A DNA stretch of 43,899 nt, from NCBI GenBank assembly GCA_964374125.1, contig CAYJXL010000002.1, positions 1-43,899 of the forward strand, written 5' to 3'. How positions within the stretch are numbered: position 1 is the first letter of the stretch; each line of letters opens with the position of its first letter. The position numbers were made by a program, and so were the translations under genes. The notes below the pieces were generated by a model. The model saw only the letters and a list, made by a program, of their open reading frames with translations, had not been told where the DNA came from and made no database searches. Shown in pieces: positions 6,405-13,700 of this stretch. The DNA is from Candidatus Woesearchaeota archaeon (GTDB taxonomy: Archaea > Nanobdellota > Nanobdellia > SCGC-AAA011-G17 > UBA489).

Positions 6405-8742
6405 CCTTGGCAAAACCGAAGATATCATTGAATTGTTGTCCATAGTAAGCTCCGCCCAGATAGAGATTCAGTGCCATCTCTGGAGAGAAAACTGTAGATC
6501 CGGAATCACGAGCCGAAGGCAAGCGACTAACAACTTGTATCTGATGTGTAACGGGATTGTATTCTAAGATCTCATCAGTTGGACCAGATCCTGTAGTATA
6601 TCCGCCAAAGAGAAGGAATGTACCCCTCGCCGGATCGAAGAGTGCATTAAGTCCTGTTCGCCCGTTCGGCAATATTTCCGGAAGCGTGACTGCTTGCCCT
6701 GTCGCTGGTGTAAACTTAATGATGTTTAATGCAGATGTGGAACCACCGAAGAGGTACATCGACTGATCATTTGTGTTGTATGCGCCTGCACCGAACGCGA
6801 ATTCTCGTGGCAACTGCGCACTGAGCGTCCTTAAACGCTGGCTGGCAGGCCGCGCTGGATCCCACTGCTGTATCGTTTGCAGGGTGCCTCCAGGCGCATT
6901 GCCTCCAAAGACATACACATTCTGGTTAGCAGGATCAGTGATGGCAACGGCATTGCTTATGCCGCTCGGAAGGACCTCCTGCTGCAGTCTGATCTGGCTT
7001 CCAGCAGGTGCAGAAGGATTGATTTCATAGATCGACGCAAGAGGGTTATACTGGGAGTCAGAGCCGCCAAAGACAAGAATCTTATTTCCATTCCACGCTG
7101 CCGCGGCACCAGAAAAAGGTGTCGAGAATCGATCGGCGAGCATGTTAATCGGTGTGAACATATTTGTTTCCTGAAAGGCAAGTATTGTGTCAAGAGGGTT
7201 ATACTGGGAGTCAGAGCCGCCAACGAGGTAGGTTATTCGACGGTTAGGGTCTCGGACTGCTGCGCTCCGCGATATTACCGAAGGCAGCGCTTGTATATTA
7301 TATGCTTGGCCGGTCTGCGGATTGAATGCAACAATCTCAGGGTGATGGTAAGGACCACAGTCTGGTGAGCCAAGGCCGTAATTCATACCACCTGCGACAA
7401 CAAGGAGCCCTGTCACAGGATCTGCAACCGCTTTCAGCTTCCATCGTCCCTCAGGCAGTTGCCCAACCCGAACAAACCCCTGACTTGGGTTATTGGGATC
7501 AAAAGCAAGAATGCCGTTGTCGCAAAGAAAGTTTTCTCTCGGACCAGGACCGATGTTACCGCCGATGAGGTAAAATTTTCCTGTTACTGGATTAAATGCT
7601 TCCGCAGCATCGGAACGTAGTGGAATTGTTGTGAGTAATGTAAACGTTCCGCCTTGCTGTCCTCCTGGTATGAACTGATAAAGCTGACCGATCCAATTGC
7701 GAGGGCTGATATTACGATTACCGAACGCGTAGATTACCCCTGTTCGAGGATCTCGCGCTGCATTTTCAACATAAAAAGGCCCACTTGGGGGGGATACTAA
7801 CAAACGACGAATGCGCGAGCCTGGCGGAAGGTTTAGATCATACACTGTCACTCTGTTGTCAGTCGTAGACCAACCGAAAAGATATACAACATCTGCTACA
7901 GGATCGTACGTGCCAGAAATCGCTGAGTCGTAGCTCGGAAGACGATCTGGCAAAAGTATGCACTGATTGGTATCCGGATTATACTCCATGATCTGATCTC
8001 TTGGCGGATATGGCGGATCAGCAGCACTACCGCTGAAGATGTAGGCTTTACTTCTTCGTGAATCCCAAACAGCGACAGCTAGATATACCCTGTATGGACA
8101 ATGAGCGACGATGCGTGATTGAAGGTCAACAGGATTGTGGGGGTTGATCTCAACAACATTATCGACAGTGTATATCAAATGTCCGTCAATGCTATATGAG
8201 CCACCGAATATATACATAATGCCTGTCAGAGGGTCAATGACCATTGTTGATGAGAATATGCCGCGAGGAGCTGCCGGTGTTGCTGCAGGCAAAGATCCTA
8301 TGATCGTACTGACAGGATGACTATTGGTATATGCATATGGTGCAGAAATCGCAATTCCGCCCTGACCTCCAGGATCGATGGCAACAGCTTGCATATATAT
8401 AATTGGTAGCCCGCCTGGGACAGGAAAATCAAAACTACCTCCCGGCTGAAGCTGAAGAATAAGAAACTGTCCTGGACCAAGAGGTCTAACGCTTAAGATT
8501 GCGCCAGGACCGAACGCTGCAGAGAAATCTTCTCGCCATGGTTTGAAGCTGATAAGAATGTAGACGATTTGTGCTTGCGATGCAACATTCTCGACCGTGA
8601 GCTGCGCCATCTGTCCTGGAATGTTCGTGCTAATGTGAATCTTCGGAATCAAACCATTGGAACCCGGTGTTCCGATCTGCACTTGTGCAAATGTCACCGG
8701 GAGGATCATCAATATGCCCATGACGAGAGTGACGATGCGCAT
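6400..8742 (-). CDS. secreted Kelch-repeat / beta-propeller protein
   Basis: 780 aa. Signal peptide 'MRIVTLVMGILMILPVTFAQVQ'. At least 10 Kelch-like blades are recognisable ('YIFGGS','YLFGW','YLIGGN','VVAGGMNYG','YLVGGSDSQYNPL','LVFGGSDSQYNPL','VYVFGGN','MYLFGGS','LLFGGY'). Confidence 0.8.
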   Translation of the reverse strand: MRIVTLVMGILMILPVTFAQVQIGTPGSNGLIPKIHISTNIPGQMAQLTVENVASQAQIVYILISFKPWREDFSAAFGPGAILSVRPLGPGQFLILQLQPGGSFDFPVPGGLPIIYMQAVAIDPGGQGGIAISAPYAYTNSHPVSTIIGSLPAATPAAPRGIFSSTMVIDPLTGIMYIFGGSYSIDGHLIYTVDNVVEINPHNPVDLQSRIVAHCPYRVYLAVAVWDSRRSKAYIFSGSAADPPYPPRDQIMEYNPDTNQCILLPDRLPSYDSAISGTYDPVADVVYLFGWSTTDNRVTVYDLNLPPGSRIRRLLVSPPSGPFYVENAARDPRTGVIYAFGNRNISPRNWIGQLYQFIPGGQQGGTFTLLTTIPLRSDAAEAFNPVTGKFYLIGGNIGPGPRENFLCDNGILAFDPNNPSQGFVRVGQLPEGRWKLKAVADPVTGLLVVAGGMNYGLGSPDCGPYHHPEIVAFNPQTGQAYNIQALPSVISRSAAVRDPNRRITYLVGGSDSQYNPLDTILAFQETNMFTPINMLADRFSTPFSGAAAAWNGNKILVFGGSDSQYNPLASIYEINPSAPAGSQIRLQQEVLPSGISNAVAITDPANQNVYVFGGNAPGGTLQTIQQWDPARPASQRLRTLSAQLPREFAFGAGAYNTNDQSMYLFGGSTSALNIIKFTPATGQAVTLPEILPNGRTGLNALFDPARGTFLLFGGYTTGSGPTDEILEYNPVTHQIQVVSRLPSARDSGSTVFSPEMALNLYLGGAYYGQQFNDIFGFAKD

Positions 8743-8743
8743 G

Positions 8744-9049
8744 TTAGCATTTCACCATTATTCTTATCTGTTGCGGAAGTTGCGCGCATGTGATCTCATT
8801 CTCTTCGGAAAAAATTTCATGGAGCGTTACGTCCTGCGGGGGCGCACTGACTTTGGTGGCCCATTCTTCATTTCTTTCTTCCTGTTGGAGCACACGTTCT
8901 TGCTCAACAGTTTGCGGGTGGGTGATCAGCTCTTGAGCATCCTTAATGGCATATGGTTGTGTGCTCTTTGATAAAAAAAGAACAAGAGCGAAGACCCCAA
9001 TGATTAGTATTCCATAAACTATTACATTACTTTTCCTCTTTTTGACCAC
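8744..9049 (-). CDS. small single-pass membrane protein (start uncertain)
   Basis: 'KKRKSNVIVYGILIIGVFALVLFLSK' is a transmembrane segment. A GTG at 9049 avoids the overlap with the integrase fragment; the longest ORF would start at 9136. The ORF ends 1 nt before the Kelch gene start. Confidence 0.35.
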   Translation of the reverse strand: MVKKRKSNVIVYGILIIGVFALVLFLSKSTQPYAIKDAQELITHPQTVEQERVLQQEERNEEWATKVSAPPQDVTLHEIFSEENEITCAQLPQQIRIMVKC

Positions 9050-9473
9050 CGGTTTGGTTACTCCCCAGTATTTTAATACCTTTCGGTTTTTTTGGGTACA
9101 TACCCAGCTTCTGGGGGTCTGCCGCAGCATGCTCAACGTATTGAGTCCTTGGAGATTCCATGTCCTCCTGCGTCACCTCGTCAAGGTTCTTCGTCGTAAA
9201 CGTGAGGAGCGTCATGAAGTGCCCCACGTTCGAGCTAAGCCGCGCAGCCCCGATCTTCTTCCGCGCCCTGTTGTGCACGGTCTTCCCGAGCCGCGCGTCG
9301 CGGACGTATCGTGTCACGAGTTCCTTGTTCCGCTCCGTCACGTTCGGATCCTGCAGGAACCGCTCGAGCGCACGCTCAAGCAAGCGTTCACACTTCCCCA
9401 GGCGCACGTCAACTTCTTCCATAGTAATCTTTTTAAGCACCGCTCGTCCTTCACCGTACGGGTGCTCGATCAT
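9027..9473 (-). pseudogene. tyrosine-recombinase/integrase N-terminal fragment (catalytic domain missing)
   Basis: 'ERNKELVTRYVRDARLGKTVHNRARKKIGAARLSSNVGHFMTLLTFTTKNLDEVTQEDME' resembles the SAM-like N-domain of archaeal and phage integrases. I saw no R..HxxR..Y catalytic region downstream in any frame. Confidence 0.45.
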
Positions 9474-9547
9474 GCACAGCGCCCGCCTTTATCAGGATTC
9501 GCCTGTGTTGCGGTCGCCGGTCACATGATCTGGTGCATCGCCCGGTT

Positions 9548-9633
9548 GCGGGAGTCGCATAGCCTGGTCAAGTGCGCTAGCTTGAGGGGCTAGTTCCTTA
9601 GTGGATTCGTAAGTTCAAATCTTACCTCCCGCA
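9548..9633 (+). tRNA. trnL: tRNA-Leu (anticodon GAG), class II with a long variable arm
   Basis: Hand-folded. Acceptor stem: gcgggag/ctcccgc. D-stem: gcat/gtgc. Anticodon stem: ctagc/gctag with loop ttGAGgg. Variable arm: 15 nt. T-arm: gtaag-ttcaaat-cttac. Discriminator: A. CCA is not encoded. Confidence 0.9.
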
Positions 9634-9693
9634 TCTTTAGCAACGCTCAACTAAGAAGAACTACAACTGCATAGTCTTTTTATTCACGAAAGT

Positions 9694-9701
9694 TTATAAA
9701 T
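9694..9701 (+). promoter_or_regulatory. TATA box (ttataaat) for the HEPN-MNT operon
   Basis: Centred about 27 nt upstream of the ATG at 9724. Confidence 0.45.
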
Positions 9702-9723
9702 ATTACAAATCACTAGTAAGTAT

Positions 9724-10086
9724 ATGAAACAAGAAGTCCAAAACTGGTGGCAGCAAGCCAAGGACGATCTCGATGCTGCCGAATACACCTTCCGTGGTGC
9801 ACGATACAGAATAGCTGCTTTTTTATGTCAACAAGCGGTAGAAAAGGCGTTCAAAGCGCTCCTGTTGGAAAAGACAGGGATAATCAGGAAAATACACGAT
9901 TTAGTTGAGCTAGGAAAAGATCTAGATATTCCAGATCGTTTACTAGCAGAAATAAAAGAGCTTACACTTGCTTACATCTACTCAAGATACCCTGACGTAA
10001 AGCAAGAGCCAAATCTAAAAGAAAAGGTCAACCAATTTCTTAAAAGCACAAAGGAGGCTATGCAATGGGTAGAAGAAAATCTCTAA
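9724..10086 (+). CDS. HEPN-domain protein (toxin partner of MNT)
   Basis: 120 aa. 'AAEYTFRGARYRIAAFLCQQAVEKAFKALLLEK..IIRKIHDLVELG' is the typical HEPN helical pattern with the R..H..L motif. It overlaps the nucleotidyltransferase gene by 22 nt. Confidence 0.8.
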   Translation: MKQEVQNWWQQAKDDLDAAEYTFRGARYRIAAFLCQQAVEKAFKALLLEKTGIIRKIHDLVELGKDLDIPDRLLAEIKELTLAYIYSRYPDVKQEPNLKEKVNQFLKSTKEAMQWVEENL

Positions 10087-10382
10087 AAGAAAGACTGGTG
10101 AACTTCAAAAAAACAGTTAACAGGGATTTTCCAATACAGACAATGATCCTCTTTGGAAGTAGGGCAAGAGGAAAGACTGGCAGAGACAGGGACGTGGACT
10201 TAATAATTGTAAGCCCCAGATTCAAATGGCTCGATTTTTTTGAGAGAGGAGCAAAAATGTATGATTACTGGGATTTAAGAATGCCAGCCGACTTTTTGTG
10301 CTATACGCCGGAAGAATTCAAGAAATTAAGTAGACATACAACCATCGTCTCTGAAGCAATCAAAGAAGGCATCAAGATTTAA
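10065..10382 (+). CDS. minimal nucleotidyltransferase (MNT-type antitoxin)
   Basis: 'ILFGSRARGKTGRDRDVDLIIVS' matches the GSxxxG...DxD motif of the polymerase-beta-like NTase fold. 105 aa. Confidence 0.85.
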   Translation: MGRRKSLKERLVNFKKTVNRDFPIQTMILFGSRARGKTGRDRDVDLIIVSPRFKWLDFFERGAKMYDYWDLRMPADFLCYTPEEFKKLSRHTTIVSEAIKEGIKI

Positions 10383-10412
10383 AGCCCATTCAGAAAAATT
10401 CGACCAATGATA

Positions 10413-10437
10413 GTAAGTTCAAATCTTACCTCCCGCA
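10413..10437 (+). repeat. orphan copy of the 3' 25 nt of tRNA-Leu(GAG) (att-like direct repeat)
   Basis: 'gtaagttcaaatcttacctcccgca' is identical to 9609-9633 (T-arm, 3' acceptor strand and discriminator). Confidence 0.9.
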
Positions 10438-10454
10438 TAAACACATAATGAAAC

Positions 10455-11303
10455 ATGAGAACAATTAAAGCAGACTTACGGAATTATTTGAGAAGCCGAA
10501 GCGACATGTCGGTTTTTGACTTCAACGACATCATCGATAGAGCGCATAAGAAGCTAGGCAACGGCGGAATTCTGGGTGTAACAAACTATCATGACGAGCG
10601 CTACGAACAATTTGTGCAACGCCCGGGCTACGAACGCAAAAATCTTGGAAACGCGGTCTACATTCCTGAAAAAGACATGCTCATTGTCAAGGGACAAACA
10701 ATACCAACAAAGGAAGGACCACTCTGTGCCATGGGTAGCCCTTCACACAAACACGTTCCTGAGCATCTATCTCTTGAGGAAACTATCAAAGTCGTTCAAG
10801 AGCAGAATGGCATGATCATTGTGCCAGGCCCGTATCGGCTATATGGTGTAGGCGCGTTCTTGGAAAGCCACTCTCATTATCTTGAATCATGTGACGCCAT
10901 CGAGGTTTTTAATGGGCAGGGAACACTCTGGCTCCCGGGACTCTTGCAACGACATGCAAATGAACGTGCAGTGACATGGTACAAACGAATGAAACAAACA
11001 TACTCGCATCTAGGAGCAATCACCGCCTCAAACGGCAGCTCGCTGCGCGAAATCGGCAGAAATAATACGTTAATGGAAATGCCAGAGCACTATGACATAT
11101 TTCAGACAAAAGAAGATGTTATCACAGTTCTACGCTGCGCGATACGTGAGAGTACGCCTGAACGTGCTGAACGCTACAGTGCATGGGGAATGGAGTTGAT
11201 GCATTTCCTGATCGTAAAATGGGATCACAATCCGCTCAGCTACTGGTGGAAGGGAGTCCCAAATGCGCATCTCGATCCGCTATTCAGGAACGAGAGTCTG
11301 TAA
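10455..11303 (+). CDS. PHP-domain-like protein with apparently degenerate metal-ligand motifs
   Basis: The PHP motif order is preserved but the ligands are altered. 'KADLRNYLRSRSDM' stands for DLHxHS..SDG, 'GVTNYHD' for ITDHD, 'IVPGPY' for ..HP, and 'ITASNGSSLREIG' for GSDAH...iG. 'AIEVFNG' is retained. Confidence 0.4.
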   Translation: MRTIKADLRNYLRSRSDMSVFDFNDIIDRAHKKLGNGGILGVTNYHDERYEQFVQRPGYERKNLGNAVYIPEKDMLIVKGQTIPTKEGPLCAMGSPSHKHVPEHLSLEETIKVVQEQNGMIIVPGPYRLYGVGAFLESHSHYLESCDAIEVFNGQGTLWLPGLLQRHANERAVTWYKRMKQTYSHLGAITASNGSSLREIGRNNTLMEMPEHYDIFQTKEDVITVLRCAIRESTPERAERYSAWGMELMHFLIVKWDHNPLSYWWKGVPNAHLDPLFRNESL

Positions 11304-11562
11304 CCAATAAAATTTTTCAAGCCAGAAAAACCGATGATCATAGTATTTGTTGAGGGACGAGGTCAGCAAAGTAAAGGGAAATGTATCCAGCCTTATCAGA
11401 CGGACAAAATTGCTCAAGTCAAAAAATCGCTGCTCACTGCAAAGTTAACCATAGCGAAGAACAAAGAAAACACTTATAATGAGAACAGATAAAACTGCAT
11501 GAATAGAAAAGCAAGCACCGTTAGGTATCAAAGTTATTTCAATTCTATATTACATAGGATCA

Positions 11563-11940
11563 GTGATTGGGGTGATTGTCGGGCTGATGTTTCTTCTCGG
11601 AGCTGGACTTATCGCAGCCATCATACCGTCTTTACGGCTGTTCAGCTCTATATTCGCCGGCCTCGCTATTGTCATCTTTGCGTTAAGCATACTTTCATTC
11701 TTTATCGGAAGAGACCTATGGAAAGGAAAAAATTGGGCTAGAGTAGTTATTATAGTAAGTTCTGTAATTGGATTAGTGATGGCAGTTTATTTCCTCGTTG
11801 GGGGTATTACGTATCACAGTGACTGGAGAGGTTACGCGGACATTTGCAATGGTATCATTGGTATAGTAACAGACACGCTCATAGGGGGCTACCTCATGTT
11901 TAATAGCAAGGTAAAAAAATATTTTTCAAAAGACCAATAG
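11563..11940 (+). CDS. small membrane protein with 4 predicted transmembrane segments
   Basis: 125-aa ORF with a GTG start and four hydrophobic stretches of about 20-24 aa. I recognise no family. Confidence 0.5.
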   Translation: MIGVIVGLMFLLGAGLIAAIIPSLRLFSSIFAGLAIVIFALSILSFFIGRDLWKGKNWARVVIIVSSVIGLVMAVYFLVGGITYHSDWRGYADICNGIIGIVTDTLIGGYLMFNSKVKKYFSKDQ

Positions 11941-11953
11941 AAGAAATAAGGGT

Positions 11954-12733
11954 TTATTTGATTTTCTTCACCAGCTTCTCAAACTCATCCAGCTTGTCAT
12001 CAAAGACTTCCACTGCCCTTACAAGGATTTCCTTCAACGTTAATTGTCCCCATGACTCTAAATAAAAGATAAAGGTTTCCTTGCTCGCAGTCACTTCAAC
12101 GCCATTCTTTTCAAGGATACCCTCATGTGATTCCCTCCACTTGAGAACATCCTTAATCTCTAGCCCCTGTCCTTTCTGTCCCAGGACGCCAGAAGGAATC
12201 TGCTCCAGAGATTTCTTGATGTCGCTATCCTTCGTCGTTTTTAATTCAGGAGAGCCGCGATAGTAAAGCAATCCCGGCGAGAACTTCGCATGATCCTTCC
12301 CTCGTCCAAGAACAGCAACAGCCTCCAGCTTCAATTCTTGATCCTCAGCAAGCTTCACAATAGGCATTTTCTCATGCACAGGAACACAATCCTTGTCCTT
12401 GCTCTCCAGACTGCTGCTGTACACCGTGCACGGTCCCTTCGCTTTTAATGCAAAAAGCAGCTGGCAATGATTGCACCCCTTGCCATTGCACTTGCAGTCA
12501 GCCATAAAGTTGTACGACTTCAAGTCCGTCTTGATCGGTATCAGTCCCAAGCGGTGCGCGATGATCTCGTCGTAAAGCGCAGAACTATTCTTCTGAAACG
12601 AGACCTCCTCAATCGCCAGTGTCGGCACGTAATTCATCACGTATCGCCTGATCATGTTTGCGATAGCCGGCGTGATGCCCTCGAGAACGAAAACAGCTTT
12701 GTTGGCGTCTTTGTGTAAAACCATAAATTTCAT
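11954..12733 (-). CDS. rpoD: DNA-directed RNA polymerase subunit D (Rpo3)
   Basis: 'VLEGITPAIANMIRRYVMNYVPTLAIEEVSFQKNSSALYDEIIAHRLGLIPIKTD' plus the Cys cluster 'CKCNGKGCNHCQ' match archaeal RpoD. Confidence 0.9.
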   Translation of the reverse strand: MKFMVLHKDANKAVFVLEGITPAIANMIRRYVMNYVPTLAIEEVSFQKNSSALYDEIIAHRLGLIPIKTDLKSYNFMADCKCNGKGCNHCQLLFALKAKGPCTVYSSSLESKDKDCVPVHEKMPIVKLAEDQELKLEAVAVLGRGKDHAKFSPGLLYYRGSPELKTTKDSDIKKSLEQIPSGVLGQKGQGLEIKDVLKWRESHEGILEKNGVEVTASKETFIFYLESWGQLTLKEILVRAVEVFDDKLDEFEKLVKKIK

Positions 12734-12758
12734 TGTCTATCAACCCTGCCGAATGCAT

Positions 12759-13667
12759 TTATAAACGTTGCTTCGAAGCTGAAAATCCAGCAGAAGAGCC
12801 ATTTTTCCGCACGATAACTGCGTACTCATCAAGCAGATTAAAGGGAACAGAAACAGACTGCAGTCGCAAAAACCGAATAACAGATGTCATGATCTGCGAA
12901 AGCGGCCCAAAGAGAGATGCAGATTTTATAGCCAAGGTTTTCAATGATCGATGCCTCCCAAGATGTCGCAGATAAACGATCCTGTAGCCGGTATCGTGAA
13001 ACAACCGCTCAAGCGAGCTTCTCGTGAAATAATGCAAATGCTCATTGGGCTTCAGATGAAACCATCGTCGACCGAGAAAGGAAAACATCGCGCTTCCCCC
13101 ATCCGGCGTCACTAAAAATAAGACACCGTCATCCTTCAGCCAGGAACGAACCTTCATCAGCAGCTTCTTGGGTTGAGGAACATGTTCAATCAAGTCATTC
13201 ATCACAATAACGTCAAAAGATTCTTTGGGGTAAGACGCAGCAAGAACGTTGCCAATGGTGATGTGAATGCCGGAATTGTGAAAGGAGCGTCTCACTCGTG
13301 CGTTGATGTCCATGCCTTCGCACAACCATCCGCGCTCCTTGGCAAGAAACAAGAGCGTTCCAATGTTGCAACCAATATCCAATATCTTCCCCTTTCGGCC
13401 AAGCACTTGTTCAATGATCGCGAGACGCTTCCGAAATGTCTGGCGGTCAGCATCTTTTGTTTCAGCGTAGTATGAATGCGGCGAGATCTCGTCTGAATTG
13501 TACATCGCCTCAAGAACCTTGGGTTTTAGTCGCGGAGTAACATAATAAAGGCCGCACTCAGTGCATCGTACAATCGTGAATCCATCTCGTACGCAAGCAT
13601 GCGTCGCAGTATGACTGCCGCATACGCCGCAAGATACAGATTCCAGGTCATCGAAACGAATGTTCAT
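12759..13667 (-). CDS. class I SAM-dependent methyltransferase with an N-terminal double zinc ribbon
   Basis: The N-terminus has 'CGVCGS...CTECG'. Motif I is 'KILDIGCNIGTL', followed by 'DVIVMNDLIEHV'. Confidence 0.75.
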   Translation of the reverse strand: MNIRFDDLESVSCGVCGSHTATHACVRDGFTIVRCTECGLYYVTPRLKPKVLEAMYNSDEISPHSYYAETKDADRQTFRKRLAIIEQVLGRKGKILDIGCNIGTLLFLAKERGWLCEGMDINARVRRSFHNSGIHITIGNVLAASYPKESFDVIVMNDLIEHVPQPKKLLMKVRSWLKDDGVLFLVTPDGGSAMFSFLGRRWFHLKPNEHLHYFTRSSLERLFHDTGYRIVYLRHLGRHRSLKTLAIKSASLFGPLSQIMTSVIRFLRLQSVSVPFNLLDEYAVIVRKNGSSAGFSASKQRL

Positions 13668-13700
13668 GGGAGAACTATGAAAGCCATTGGTGCGATATTC

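Larger units (their letters stand above)
6358..9547 (-). mobile_element. decayed tRNA-targeting integrative element (integrase fragment plus cargo)
   Basis: The region is bounded by the 47-nt direct repeat. An integrase-like N-terminal fragment starts 75 bp from the intact tRNA. The cargo is a membrane protein and a Kelch surface protein. Confidence 0.55.

Noticed and set aside
6557-8320. Multiple 60-163-aa ORFs on both strands within the Kelch gene. Comparable ORFs occur inside the suf genes, cysS, the lyase and the malic enzyme.
   Set aside because: All are nested in, or antisense to, long ORFs with recognisable domain signatures, and they have no independent start context.
6358-10437. The orphan 5' half and 3' fragment of tRNA-Leu as Nanoarchaeum-style split-tRNA half genes.
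   Set aside because: A complete, foldable tRNA-Leu(GAG) with identical sequence lies between them. The two fragments do not add up to a tRNA, because the variable arm is missing. The 5' piece extends past the anticodon arm and does not end at 37/38. I saw no complementary GC-rich leader or trailer sequences for trans-splicing.
11499-11741. An ATG-initiated 80-aa ORF (MNRKAST...) overlapping the GTG-started 4-TM gene in another frame. This could be a frameshifted true N-terminus.
   Set aside because: I cannot distinguish a frameshift or sequencing error from chance. The hydrophobic periodicity belongs to the 11563 frame, so only that ORF is reported.
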